Shown here: positions 42,686 through 54,032 of the stretch, in pieces
Numbering within the stretch: position 1 is the first letter of the stretch
How the letters are laid out: the number at the start of each line of letters is the position of its first letter
Assembly: GCA_964019335.1 (NCBI GenBank)
Contig: OZ025651.1
Span: 62,001 to 126,000, forward strand
Direction of reading: 5' to 3'
Origin: Diplonema japonicum
Taxonomy: Eukaryota > Protista > Euglenozoa: Diplonemea
Length of the DNA stretch: 64,000 nucleotides
Translations under genes and position numbers: made by a program
The notes under the pieces: model-generated
The model's input: the letters and a program-made list of their open reading frames with translations, nothing else
Databases searched by the model: none
Told to the model about the DNA's origin: nothing

Positions 42686-43500
42686 TCCTTCCCCCCCCTT
42701 TCTACCTTTTTTTGTTGTTTTCTTTTTTCGGAGGAATAAAAAAAAGGGGGGGGGAACAACGATTTTTTCTTATAGTAGTGTAAATCTTTTTTCTTTTCTC
42801 TTTTGTTGATGTATTAAACCTTTTAACAGTTGGAAACCCCTGTATACCCCGCTGTGCGGTCGCGCACACCTGCAAAGTAGCAGTTCTGAAGTTTTTTTTG
42901 TTTTGTTTTGTTTTTTTTCCCCCTTTTTTTTCATTTATACACACCTTTCTATCCTTCGAACTCCCACCTCCCGCCGGTGTGGTCGGCCCACCCAATGCAC
43001 CTATCGCTGTTCCCGCTTTGCCGCCAGGCAGCCCCCCGCTCCCCACACTCATGTCCTCCTTACCAGGGTAGGGGAACCCACCGAGGTCGGGAGGCGGCAC
43101 GTCGAGGATCCTTATGCACCCATGCCCGCTGCCATAGCACAACGGGCCCAGTGAGTCGGGCATTGCCGGTCCTTGATAAGGGGTAACGTGGGGAAGGAGG
43201 TACACGAAAAATGAACAAGGAGAAAAGAAAAAAGATAAAAAGACACAAAAAAGAAGAAAAAAAAAGAAAGAAAACAAAAACAAACAATACAAAATATATA
43301 GGTTGCGTTTTCCCCAAAAGTCTTAAACGCTCTTGGTCATGGAAATCGGGGGTTTCAGTTTCTTCATTCCCCGTCCAAAATTGGGCATCTAACCCCAATT
43401 TTCTTTTCATTGTCCACCAAAAAAGGGGGCGATCATTAAAACCCTCAATTTTGCACGAGGACAAGAAAAGGGTCTATAGTTGCCAAAATGAAGGAAAAAT

Positions 43501-43550
<50 letters not shown>

Positions 43551-43596
43551 AAGGCCGCTTTTTTTGCTCCCATTTTTCGTGTTTCTTTCTGCTACA

Positions 43597-45249
43597 TCAA
43601 GTCCTGGGAGGCGACGGGGTATCCCCCTTGAGCACATTGGTGTAGTACTCCTTGTAGGTGTTGAACAGAGTGTCGTAGTCGCTGGAGGAGGCTGGGTGGG
43701 CAGAGGGAGCGGGCGGGGGAGGGGGCCTGTCTGCCCTTGGCAGTGAAGAGGAAGGCGAGTGCACTCTGTCCCTATGCGCATCAGGCGACAGATGCGACGG
43801 TGATGGCGGGAACTTCGGTGGGGGCGGGATTTTAGGCTTCCTCTTAGACACCGTCTTCTTCTTCTTAGACAGCTCCGGTGCGTAGAAGGGACGCACAGGT
43901 GACGGAGAAGCCCTGTCGCCCATGTACCCCCCACCCATGCCTCCCCCAGGGCTCACGATATAAATAGGACGCGGGGGCTCAGGTTCTTCATCTTCATCAT
44001 CTTCCTCCATGCTGTCCTCGTCTGACTCTGCTAGATCTTCGCACTCCATCTTGTGCTTGGACCAATGAACTGTTTGGCACTGCCTTCCGCAGTACACAGC
44101 TTTACGGCAGACGGAGCACCTCGGCAGCGGGTCGACGTCTGTGAGGTCCCGTCTGCAATGCCAGCAGCTCACAGCCGCACTCTTCCCCCTCCGCCTTGCA
44201 CTGCTGCCTTGGTTGCCTTGGCCGCTTCTGCTTGACATGATTGGTGAAGGCTGCAGCACGTTCCCAGGGGGGAGCTCGTCGTCTGTTTCCAAGTCGCGTT
44301 CTCTGAACCGAGCAGTGGGGCTGTTGGCGGGGACCCAGAAGCCTTCCTTGCCGTGCAGGCGGCCTGGTGTGCCAACCGGTGGGTGATGTCGCCCCTGAGG
44401 GCTGGTGTCGCCCCAGGCTGCGGATGGGGCAACGATACCTTCTGAAGCCAGCTCCTGACGTATTGCTTTGACCTCTTCGAAGGATCGCAAGGACATCTCA
44501 CGCGTGGCCTTGTCGCCACTGCCCTCCTTCGCTTTGAGTTGTTTGATCTCAGCCTGCATCTCGTTCAGCTTGTCGAAAATGTCGTTCAGCTGCCTGTTGG
44601 GGGGCACACCACCACCACCACCACCACCCATCACACCATGTCCCCCTGGTGGTGAAACTGGGGAATAGTTCAAGCTCTCGGGGTATTGATGAAGTTGATG
44701 CGGCGATGATGGTGAATGCGTTTCTAAAGGTGTGGTCTCGGGTCCGGAAATACAGTGAAGCGTCTCGTCGTCCAGTTTGAAGCACCAATTGGTGGGCTTG
44801 ACGAGCTGCAGCTGGTCTGTGGGGAAGGTCGCCGTTTGCGAATTCTCACAAAAATCAGGGTGAGACAGACCGGCCTCCAACCGTCGGTCTGTGATGAGGG
44901 TGCGAAGTACATTCAGTAGATACTGGAGGTTACGTGTACGGATCAGACAGTCAAAATCTTCGGACGGGACGCACATACCTACATGGTCCCCAACACCCCC
45001 GTACATCACTTTTGTGATATGTTTGAACTGAATGCATCTGTTGATGGAGCCGTTGTTGTCGCACAAGAAGACAGCGTTTGCAGAGCAGACCAACACCTTC
45101 TTTCTCCAGCTTCCCTTGTTGCCTTGCTTGAGCACGTAGTCTATGAAATATATAGTTGTCTTTTGCAGTCCTTTGAATGCTGCCTCCAGCTCTTTGTGGA
45201 TCTTGACCGGGGTCAGCCTGCGCATTTGTGGGGGTGGTTGAGAAGGCAT
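43597..45249 (-). CDS. PH-like N-terminal domain, coiled coil, MYND zinc finger and Pro-rich tail
   Basis: MYND finger CWHC...RCSVCRKAVYCGRQCQTVHWSKHKMEC. N-terminal KKVLVCSANAVFLCD..GSINRCI resembles a PH-type beta sandwich. Confidence 0.75.
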   Translation of the reverse strand: MPSQPPPQMRRLTPVKIHKELEAAFKGLQKTTIYFIDYVLKQGNKGSWRKKVLVCSANAVFLCDNNGSINRCIQFKHITKVMYGGVGDHVGMCVPSEDFDCLIRTRNLQYLLNVLRTLITDRRLEAGLSHPDFCENSQTATFPTDQLQLVKPTNWCFKLDDETLHCISGPETTPLETHSPSSPHQLHQYPESLNYSPVSPPGGHGVMGGGGGGGVPPNRQLNDIFDKLNEMQAEIKQLKAKEGSGDKATREMSLRSFEEVKAIRQELASEGIVAPSAAWGDTSPQGRHHPPVGTPGRLHGKEGFWVPANSPTARFRERDLETDDELPPGNVLQPSPIMSSRSGQGNQGSSARRRGKSAAVSCWHCRRDLTDVDPLPRCSVCRKAVYCGRQCQTVHWSKHKMECEDLAESDEDSMEEDDEDEEPEPPRPIYIVSPGGGMGGGYMGDRASPSPVRPFYAPELSKKKKTVSKRKPKIPPPPKFPPSPSHLSPDAHRDRVHSPSSSLPRADRPPPPPAPSAHPASSSDYDTLFNTYKEYYTNVLKGDTPSPPRT

Positions 45250-45618
45250 TTCTTTTCTTTGTTTTGCGTCCCCCCCCTTTTTTTCCCCCTCTTCCCCCCC
45301 CTCCTCCCCTCCTGCTGGTTTTATTTATTTTTCTTTTGTAAAAAAAGTGAGAAAAAAGTGGTTTTTTTTTTCCAGAAAATAAGAAAGGAAAGAAAACAAG
45401 AATATGGCGGTTTTTTTTTTTTTTTTTTTCATGTTATTCTTTTTATTTTTTTTTTATTTTTTTGTTAAATCCATTGGGGAAGAGGGGGGGGAAGGAGAAA
45501 GGGAATCCAAAACAAAAAAAGAAAAGGGCCCAAAAAAAGAAGAAGAAAATAAAAATAAATAGAATTTAAGAGGTACACAAGTTTTTTCGTTTTTTTCTTT
45601 TTTTAAAAAACTTTTATT

Positions 45619-45653
<35 letters not shown>

Positions 45654-48214
45654 CAAGATGGGGAGGGAAGGGAGAGGACTTTGCTCATTTTTTGAGAAGC
45701 GAAAGAAAGAAGAATAGTTGGGTCAAAGAAGTGAAAGAGTAGATGTGTGCATAGTGGGAAGGGGTACTTTCTTTTTACCATTATTTTTCCATTTTTTTTA
45801 AAGTTCTACAAATAGTAAAAAAGGGGGGGGAAAGGGTGGGGAAAATAGTTTTTCTTATCTCACGCTTAACGAGTTCAGTGTTCTTTCTTCTTTTTTTTTT
45901 TTTTTTCCTTCATTCACTACCAATTGAAAGGAGGTCAGCCCGATTATTTCTTTTTTCCTTTTTCTTTTTTTTTTTTTTCTTTTTTTTTCCCCTTTCTTTC
46001 TCTCCTTCGTTCCATCGTATTTAACGCAGTGGCTTTTTTAGTTAATCGTTGGCAGCGGGGATTTCAAAAGTGACTTTGGAATCCCTCCCTATAATAATAA
46101 TAAAAGATAAATAGGAGCTTTTTGTTTTCTTCTTTTTTTTTTCTCGCGAGCATTCCATTCAACGATAAACTCAAAACAAAGAGTCTAACGCAAAAGTTTT
46201 CTTTCTTTTTACTTTTTTTTTTTTTCCTTTTCTATCGTTGGCAGGGGAAGGGGGGAAATAATTAGAAAAATAAAAATAAAATAAAATAAAAGGGAATGAA
46301 AACGGTAAAACAGAAAAATAAATAAAATTAGAAGAAGCAACAAAAAAAAAAAATATAAGTTACGAAAGTTTCTCCTGTTTTTTTTCTTCTCCTCCCCCAT
46401 CCCAATTCTTCTCCACTAAAACTATAATATGAATCCAAAAGACACAGGCGCACGGGGATACGCCTTTTTTTTTTTTTTTTTACCGCACACGGATTGTAGG
46501 AGGGCTCTGCAAACTTGGATGAAGACTACAACACATGGCACCTCGCCCGCCCTCCCCCTCCTGCACCTTCATCATAAAAAAGTTTCAGTAATAAGCCACC
46601 ACCCCCCTTCCTTCTTTTTCCTCTCTCCTCTCCCTGTAAGTCCTCAAGGACGCAATCCCCTAGGCGTTAAGGAATAGAGAAGAAGTTTGTTGTTGTTTGT
46701 TTTTTTTTTTTTTGTTTTGTTTTGTTTTGTTTTTTTGTTTTATAAAAAAATTACTAATAAATACCACTCAAATAGGTCTGTGAGAAACCGTTATCAAAAT
46801 AAAAAGAAAAAAAAAAGAAAGAAAAAAAAAAAAGGTGTACGCAAAATAAAAAAAATCTAATGGGAAAAAAAAAAAAAAGGAAGAAATTGCACGAAAAAAA
46901 GCACAAAAAGAAAAAAAAAAAAAACATAAAACGGCTTCTCACCCCCTACTGCTTGTTTGTCATAAGGCACTCTAGGCCTTCAAAGTTAATGCAATCAGGC
47001 TCCTAAAGATTAAAAGACTTAGGGGTACACCCCCTTTTCTTTCTCCCCCCCCCTTTCAATACCCCATGTCCCTTCCCTGTTATGGGTATTCGATAAAAGC
47101 GAGTTTTTTTTTCTCCTTACTTTAACCCCACCCTTCTTCCTGTCAAAAAAAAAAAAAGAAAAAAAAAAGAAGCTATTATTTAACTCTCGTTTCCTTCCTT
47201 TTAAGAAAGCACACGAGTTAAGCAAATAAACCCTTTTTTTTCTTGTTGTCCCTCCTTTTGTTCTCTTGATGTCAGGAAACCTTAATAAAAAGAAAGAAAG
47301 AAAGCCTAATCACAGGCTATATGCCTCTTTAAAAAAAAAAGAAAAAAAAAAAAAAAGACTCCCATTGGCTGTACTGGTTAGTGCACAAGAGAGGGGGGGA
47401 AATAAATAAATAAATAACCACGTCGCCGTAGCTAGTGATCTTGCTCTCCTCCATCGTCCCTATCTAGCTACAGCAGTACTTCAAATAATTTCAGAAACCA
47501 CACACAGCAAAAGAAGGCCTGTATGACACAGTACCTCCTTTCGCCGAAGTGCTGATCTACTAGCCTTAAATCTACAACACTTACGGATCCGGTTTTAAAA
47601 AAAAAAACAAATGGGGGAGGGAGGGGAGAGGGAAAGATAATGGGGGGAATAAAGAGCTTTGCAGCTCAGAAGGGGGGGGGGGAAAGGAAAGAGAGGAATA
47701 TAAGACCAAATAAAAAACAAAAACAAAATTGCACCCCCCAAAAAAAAACCTTACCTTAACCAGTTTTCTTCTCTCGTTCCCTCGCACTCATATTTTTTTT
47801 TTCCCCTTTTACTTTTTTTTTTTTCTTTCTTTTCTTCTTTCCCCTCCTCCCACGTGCACAGCACTACTGGACCAAATAAATTAATTAAAGTCGCAGCGGC
47901 TGAGTGAATCGTTGAAGAATATGGGGAAAGAAAAGTAAGAGAAACAAGAGGTACAACGTGAAGAACAAAACTGTTGACTTCTAATTTTCATTTTTATTTT
48001 TGAAAAAAAAAAAAAATATCCCATTCAGGAAACACCTGAAGCAACACCTTTTCTTCCCCCCTCTCCACCGTTCCATACACACACTTGTTTTACATGTTGT
48101 TGTTGTTGAGGTCACAAGGGTTCTTACTGTCGGTTCTCTTTTCTTGACCCAGAATTTCAAAAAGAAAATGGGGCTTTGATTGCAACACTAGGTGGCGTTA
48201 AGCGTGCAACGAAG

Positions 48215-48491
48215 CACGAACTACCTACTTGATTACAGGGGGCTCCTCGGCCGAGCAGTAGCTTCTTCTGTGTTCCGTGTCGTGTCCTTAATGCGTGCGG
48301 TGTGCTCAACCCTAGCCGGGGCGTCCCGGGTAACCAAGATTCTGCGCTCGTGCAGTTTGCTGCCTGTTCGTCACCCTGAGCATCTGTGTTACGTTCTTCC
48401 ACTCGGGCGCTACCGGTGATGACCGACGTGGAGGTCAACAGCGAACAACACATCTGATGTACTTCTTATATTTCCATGTTATCCCCACCAC

Positions 48492-48522
<31 letters not shown>
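48215..48522 (+). repeat. SINE-like dispersed repeat, copy C with ~28-nt poly(A) tail
   Basis: Colinear with 39295-39590. Confidence 0.85.
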
Positions 48523-48523
<1 letters not shown>

Positions 48524-48952
48524 ACATGGTTCGTGATGCCAATGACACAATCACGAAATACACATAAGCTGCCACTGGGCGGGAGAATATAAGTTTCTTA
48601 TAGCTTCTCTAATGCCCTCCCTTTCTTCCCCTGCAAATAGCAACACACACAACAACAACAAAAAAGGAAAATGTCCAACACAACTTAAAAAACGGAAGTC
48701 CTCCCCCCACTCTTTTTTATTTTCTTTCTTTTTCTTCTTTCACTACAGTTGTACACAAACAACGATTCTCTTTAAGAAAAACCTTTTTTTTCATCTTCTT
48801 CTTTCTTTTCACTTCGATCCTAGCCCGGGGGGGGGGGAGGGGGGGAGTGGGAGATAATTGCTAACAACCATGTGTACACTCCATGCTCTCTTTGTTCTTT
48901 GAAACAATAAAAAAAAATAGAGGCCCTTTTTTTTTTTTTTTTTTTTTTTTAA

Positions 48953-49600
48953 TTACGCCGCCGCGATTTGTTCATTCCCAAAGACCGACATGAAATTTCC
49001 CAACTCTCGGTAAGTCAGCATGTCGAAGCCACGCATAGCCTGGCAGCTCAGGGTGTTTAAGGGGCTGTGAAGCGGCGCTTCATCTTCTTCTTGCACAAGC
49101 GCCTCTGTGTGCACTTCAAGAAAGTCATCCGCCTCGCCCCAGAAATCGACCAAAGGAGATTGCGGCTGTGCGAAAATCGGCTGTGTTGAGGGGGCAAATG
49201 CAGAGAAATCAAAGTGGAGAGGAGTTCGCGGCTGTACCTCTTCTATGTACGTCTCCTTTTCTTCCTCTTCTTCTTCTTCTTCTTCTTCTTCTTCTTCTCC
49301 TTTGTACAATTCAAGGTTTTTTTGTCGCACCATTTCAGCCCGCTTCGCCCTGTAGTCCTCAATCTCCTCAGTTCTCATAATTCCCAAGAATGGGAACAGG
49401 CAAGCCCACGACGATCGCACTTGGTCCCCATCCACATCTCGCATTTCCCGCCACACTGACCGCCATTTTCGGTCCACCGCTGTGACGGCTTCCCGGCTGA
49501 GCGCAGTCTGCTCGGCACGTATTCTCCTCACATCCTGTCTCCTGGCCTCCTGTACAAGCAGTGACAAACTTACTCTGTCAGGCACTTCAATGTTATTCAT
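48953..49600 (-). CDS. Hypothetical protein (215 aa) with poly-Glu tract
   Basis: ATG-initiated GC-richer ORF bounded by homopolymer-rich DNA, on the cluster strand. Confidence 0.65.
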   Translation of the reverse strand: MNNIEVPDRVSLSLLVQEARRQDVRRIRAEQTALSREAVTAVDRKWRSVWREMRDVDGDQVRSSWACLFPFLGIMRTEEIEDYRAKRAEMVRQKNLELYKGEEEEEEEEEEEEEKETYIEEVQPRTPLHFDFSAFAPSTQPIFAQPQSPLVDFWGEADDFLEVHTEALVQEEDEAPLHSPLNTLSCQAMRGFDMLTYRELGNFMSVFGNEQIAAA

Positions 49601-49833
49601 TTTTCTTTTTCTTTTTTTTTTTGGTTACCCTCTTTTTTTTTTTTTTTTTTGCATGACAGACTTTTTATTTTTTTCAAAAAAAAAAAAATAATAAATGGGG
49701 TATGTTTTTTTTTTTTTTTTTTTCCTTCTCTTCTTCTTTTTTAGAAAAAACAGGGGGGACTTAAAAAAAAAATGGGGGAAAAAAAAAACTAGAGAAAATC
49801 ACGCAAGAAAAGATATCACCCCTATCCTCAGCT

Positions 49834-50174
49834 CTATGCAATGCAAGCGGATAGACCAAGGCACATTCCAAATTCTTTTTCCAAATTGTGGGCTGTGTGT
49901 TTTGTATTGTGTTTACAACATAAAAAAAAAAAATACCTCCTCCCTCGTATCGGGATGTAAGGTGCTCTACGGTCGGGTTCTCACTGCCGCTGCCTAGCTT
50001 CTCGCGAAATGACTTAAACCCCTCCTGGTCGAGGCTACCACCTTCTATTTCTTGCACAAAGGCAGATGCCTCAGAGAATTTCCACGAGCCGTCACCATCT
50101 TTATCGTACCTCGTGAAGATGAACTGAACTTTGCCTTCATCCGTTTCAGGAATCGCACCTCGCATCATCATCAT
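49834..50174 (-). CDS. Small EF-hand protein (98 aa). Exons 49937-50174 and 49834-49892
   Basis: EF-hand FTRYDKDGDGSWKFSE. A 44-nt GT-AG intron (49893-49936) gives the C-terminus YEGAHNLEKEFGMCLGLSACIA*. Confidence 0.72.
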
Positions 50175-50730
50175 TTTTTTCTTTCTTTTTCTTTTGCCCT
50201 TTAATTTACTTCGTTTCAAGAAATTACCCCCCCCAAAAAAAAGAAAAGTGGGAGAAAGGGGAGAAAGAGAGAGAGAGAGAGAGAGGGGGGGAATAGCATT
50301 TTTTGTTAGGGGTTTGCAACATCCAATGCCATGTTGCCTGCCATTCCACCCCCTCCCCCGCCAGCCCCACTTTTTTTTTTTTTTTTTTTTTTTCCACGAT
50401 CACAGAACATATATTTTTTTCTTTATTCATTCACCGAGAAAAATTCTTAAATGTTCCTTATTGTTGCACAAGGGAGTGTTTTTTTTTTTTTTTTTTTTTT
50501 TTTTCTTCCTTCTTATAATTTCACCGTGAAGAAAAAAAAATGAGGGGTTATTCTGCAATTTGTTTTTTTTCTTTTCTTCTTTAAAAAAAAAAAAAAAAAG
50601 AAAAAGGTGGATGAACCTGGTCTTTTTTTTTTTTTTTTTTTGTTTCGCATAACAAAAACTGGCTAGGCTAATATAAAAAAAAATTATTTGAAACAAAAAA
50701 ACACTCCCCCCCCCCCCCCCCCCCCGTTTC

Positions 50731-51481
50731 TTAAAACCTGTTGTATCTATCATAATGCACAGGCATCACATCAGACTCAGCGTGTAGCTTAGTAGCAAGC
50801 TCCTCTACGGCCTGCCTGTCACTGTCATTCTTGAGCGTTTGTGCCCAATAGTCGACGCAGCTAGTCCGGCATTCAGTGAGGTGGCCGTGGAGGTAGATCT
50901 CTGTAAGAATGTGTTTCACGAAATGTGGCTTGTAGTGCTCAAGACCAACCTCACCCAGGGCTTTGAGAATCCTTGTGATCCTCAAGTTGTTGTGGAAAGA
51001 GTAGTTGAGATTCGTGTAACAGCTCTCGAACCCCTCGGCCTTTCTAACTACCTTCCCCGTCGTCTCGTCTTCCAACGCCATCCCGTAGAAGTCCAACATG
51101 GTGCGGTACGACTCGATGAACGTTCGCTGCAACACTGGGTCACTCGCGATGGCATCTGCTTCATGCTTCTGAAGAACCTGCGCCCGTGGGTTGAGCCCTG
51201 GCTCGCGGATAGGGAACAACCATTGTATGTAAGAGTGATCGTCCTCCAGCCACTGGTAATTCCCTCTTCTGCCTCCTTCAGACACGTTCTTGTGGAACCT
51301 CTCGACGCTGTCGCCGCCGGGCGACGTCACAATGTTCCCACTGTAGAACTCGAGGTTGCGGTTGGCTTCTAAGTCGTCGGGTTGGCCTGGGTATCCCTGT
51401 TTGGATTGATTTCTTTTTTTGTTTTTCTTATACCTCTCTGTACTCTCTGGTATCCTCTGCGGCGCTTGAGCGGTTTCCCAT
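50731..51481 (-). CDS. OGFr (opioid growth factor receptor) conserved-domain protein. Exons 51434-51481 and 50731-51396
   Basis: NLEFY, HSYIQWLFPIREPGLN, MLDFYG and HNNLRITRILK. A 37-nt intron (51397-51433) gives the N-terminus MGNRSSAAEDTREYRE|GYPG. Confidence 0.87.
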
Positions 51482-51665
51482 TTTGTTGTTGTTGTTGTTG
51501 TGGATATCTCTCTTTTTTTTTTTTTTTTTTTTCGTTTGTTTTTCTTTTGTTTTCCCATTGTCCGAAACAAGGGGGAATAATAAATATAAAAAAAAAAAAA
51601 AAAAGACAGAAAACCGTAGGAGTAAGGAGTACTTTTTTTTTAAAAAAAGAAGAAGAAAAGATCTA

Positions 51666-53821
51666 TCAAAACCCGAAGAGGTCGTCCAGCGTTGCAGCCG
51701 TCTTGTTTGTTGCAGCAGTCTGCTGGGAGACGGGAGGCTGCACGACAGGTGCGGGCTGCTGGAATGGCACGGTCTGCGCGCTTGTTCTGTATTTATTTCT
51801 CCCCTTTAAAAAAAAAACACACACCCTTGCGCAAATGCAGCCCAGTCATCTGGAGCAGACATGCCGCTGGAGCTTAGCCTCTGGAATTCATCTTGTTGCG
51901 AATCGGCTCCCTGCTGGGTCCCTGCAGGGAGGTCTCCCCTCCATGAGGTGGACGGGGGTGACGGTGGCCGGACTGGCAGCTGCTGCTGTTGAACCGGCAC
52001 AGGCGGTGGCCGTCTTTGCTGTGCCTCGACTGCGTCAAGAAGCGAGCGGATAGTGCTCAGAATACAGGCGAAGAGCTTGGGATCGCTGCTGCACCCTGCC
52101 AGGACCTGCGACAAGGAGGGGATCACGATGCCTGCCACAGTCGCCATGTCCATCAGCGCAGCAGTCGAGGTGTAGAAGCTCCCGATGGCCTCTAGCACGT
52201 CGCGGTCCTTCTCGTTCTGCAGAATCGTCTTCATCCCCGGAAGGATCTTTTCCACAATAATGGCCTTTTCTTCCATCAGGCCTTTGCACAGTTCTGACAG
52301 CACGCCCACTGCATAGGTCTTGACGGATGTGTCGGTGTACTTCCGCACGATCCACAGCACCCTCGGGAGGATATCCTTCACCACCATGGGCTCCGGTATC
52401 GCACCCTTCTTGCCGAGACCCGCCACGACGGACAGCAGCCCTTTGCTGACGTTCGCCTCCAGCTGCGTTGCGAGGAACGGCACGATGTGGTCCCGAAGCT
52501 CGTCTGGTGTCGTCTTAGCAGTGATGTCGTCCATCTTCTCCAGCAGTAAGGCTGACGTTTGCAGGTTCACATTCGCAGCGGTCTTCCCCATCATCCTCGT
52601 GAAGTGCGGTTGGAAGAGCAGTTCCGAAAAGTCGTTCTGAGAAAGCACAGCCACCGTCCGCAGCACAATCGGGAGCACGAAGACCTGCAAGCTCCCGTAC
52701 AGCTCACCAAGCAGCACCGGGAGCACCTTTGCCTTCACCACCGCTGCGGAGTACGTATCCACCACTGAGTACAGGTCTTTGCAGAATCCTTTCTTCGCAT
52801 TGTCGTCTTTTTCCATGAACCGCGCAAGGTACACGAGACACTTGATAGGGAGTTCCGTGAAGATACTGTCGGGCTTTGTGAAGAGGTCGCGGACGGTCGC
52901 GACACCGAGGGTGGGGTCGGTGGGCAGGGAGCTGACCTTGGAGTTGTAGAGGGCAACATCGGCACCAACAGTAAGCAGCTTCGCACGCTGCATAGGGGTG
53001 GAGTGTAGGAGCTCATGCATCGTGCAGCCGAAGGAAAACAAATCGGTTTTTTGCGACAACGACATCTTGCCAACATACTCAGGGCTGGCATACTCGAGGT
53101 CGGGTCCCTTGTAGGGGTTGATGAGCGCGTTAAACATGGACATCGCTCCGTTCTCCTCTTTGAAGTCTTGGAAGTTCTTGCACAGCTCTCTCGACCCGTC
53201 TTTGTGAACCGAGAACTCGAAGCCAGATATTTTGAACTCGTAGCTTGGAGTCACGAAAATGTAAGCGGGTGTCAAGTTGAGGTGCAGAACACCCACCTGA
53301 GTGTGAAGAAAAGCAAGACCCTCTGCTACCTGAAACAGCCCGTATTTTTTTTCCAACAATGTCATATTCTTCAAGAGTTGTTTCGTGGACTGCGTCGCCA
53401 CTTCAACGTTATGGGTTCCCCCGAGAGCGTTCTCACATGAACACAAAACCCTTTCCGTTGCAAACATGAGGTACGGTCCTTTCTCCCGTAACGCTTCGAG
53501 GATTTTAAGAACCGACGGGTGCAGAACCTTCATCTGCTGAGCATTCCCGAGCTTCATGCGGTCCACGATTTTTGAAGCCGCCTCTTTTCCTATGTGTTCT
53601 TCCAGTTCTCTTTTATCCGCCAGGTGCACTGTCACCTTTTCCCCTGTCTTATCCCTCAGGGCATTGAAACACTTCCACCACAAATGGTGGCCCCCCGAGG
53701 CAGTGCTGCCCCGCACACCGTCTCCCTCGAGCGAATACCCTTTTAAAATCTGCTTTAAATCTAGTTCCGTGGCCGCTTCTGTCACCTTCGATTTCGCGGC
53801 TGCCTTTAGTGTTTTAAACAT
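51666..53821 (-). CDS. SCYL2: SCY1-like pseudokinase (SCYL2-type) with HEAT repeats. Exons 51825-53821 and 51666-51786
   Basis: LHPSVLKI, FATERV, YGLFQVAEGLAFLH, FKISGFEF and PDLEYASPE. A 38-nt intron (51787-51824) gives the C-terminus ...TLDDLFGF*. Confidence 0.85.
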
Positions 53822-54032
53822 TTTACCCCTCCTTTTTTTCTTCAAATTTATTCCTTTTTTTTACTTGAGTGTCACCCAAATGGATAGAAGAAAAATGAAA
53901 AAAAAAAGCACAACAAGGGTATCAAAAATCTACGGGTGAGGGGGGAGAAATTCTAAAATCTAAATAACAAGGTTTTTCTAAAGGGTTATGACATTTCTTT
54001 TTTTCTTTTTTTTTTCCTCGTCGAAAAATAAA

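Noticed and set aside
45250-48150. Poly-K/poly-F ORFs in intergenic DNA (also at 1-1000, 11700-13100, 24500-26250 and 37400-39100)
   Set aside because: They are translations of A/T homopolymer runs, whose lengths may also be affected by sequencing error.
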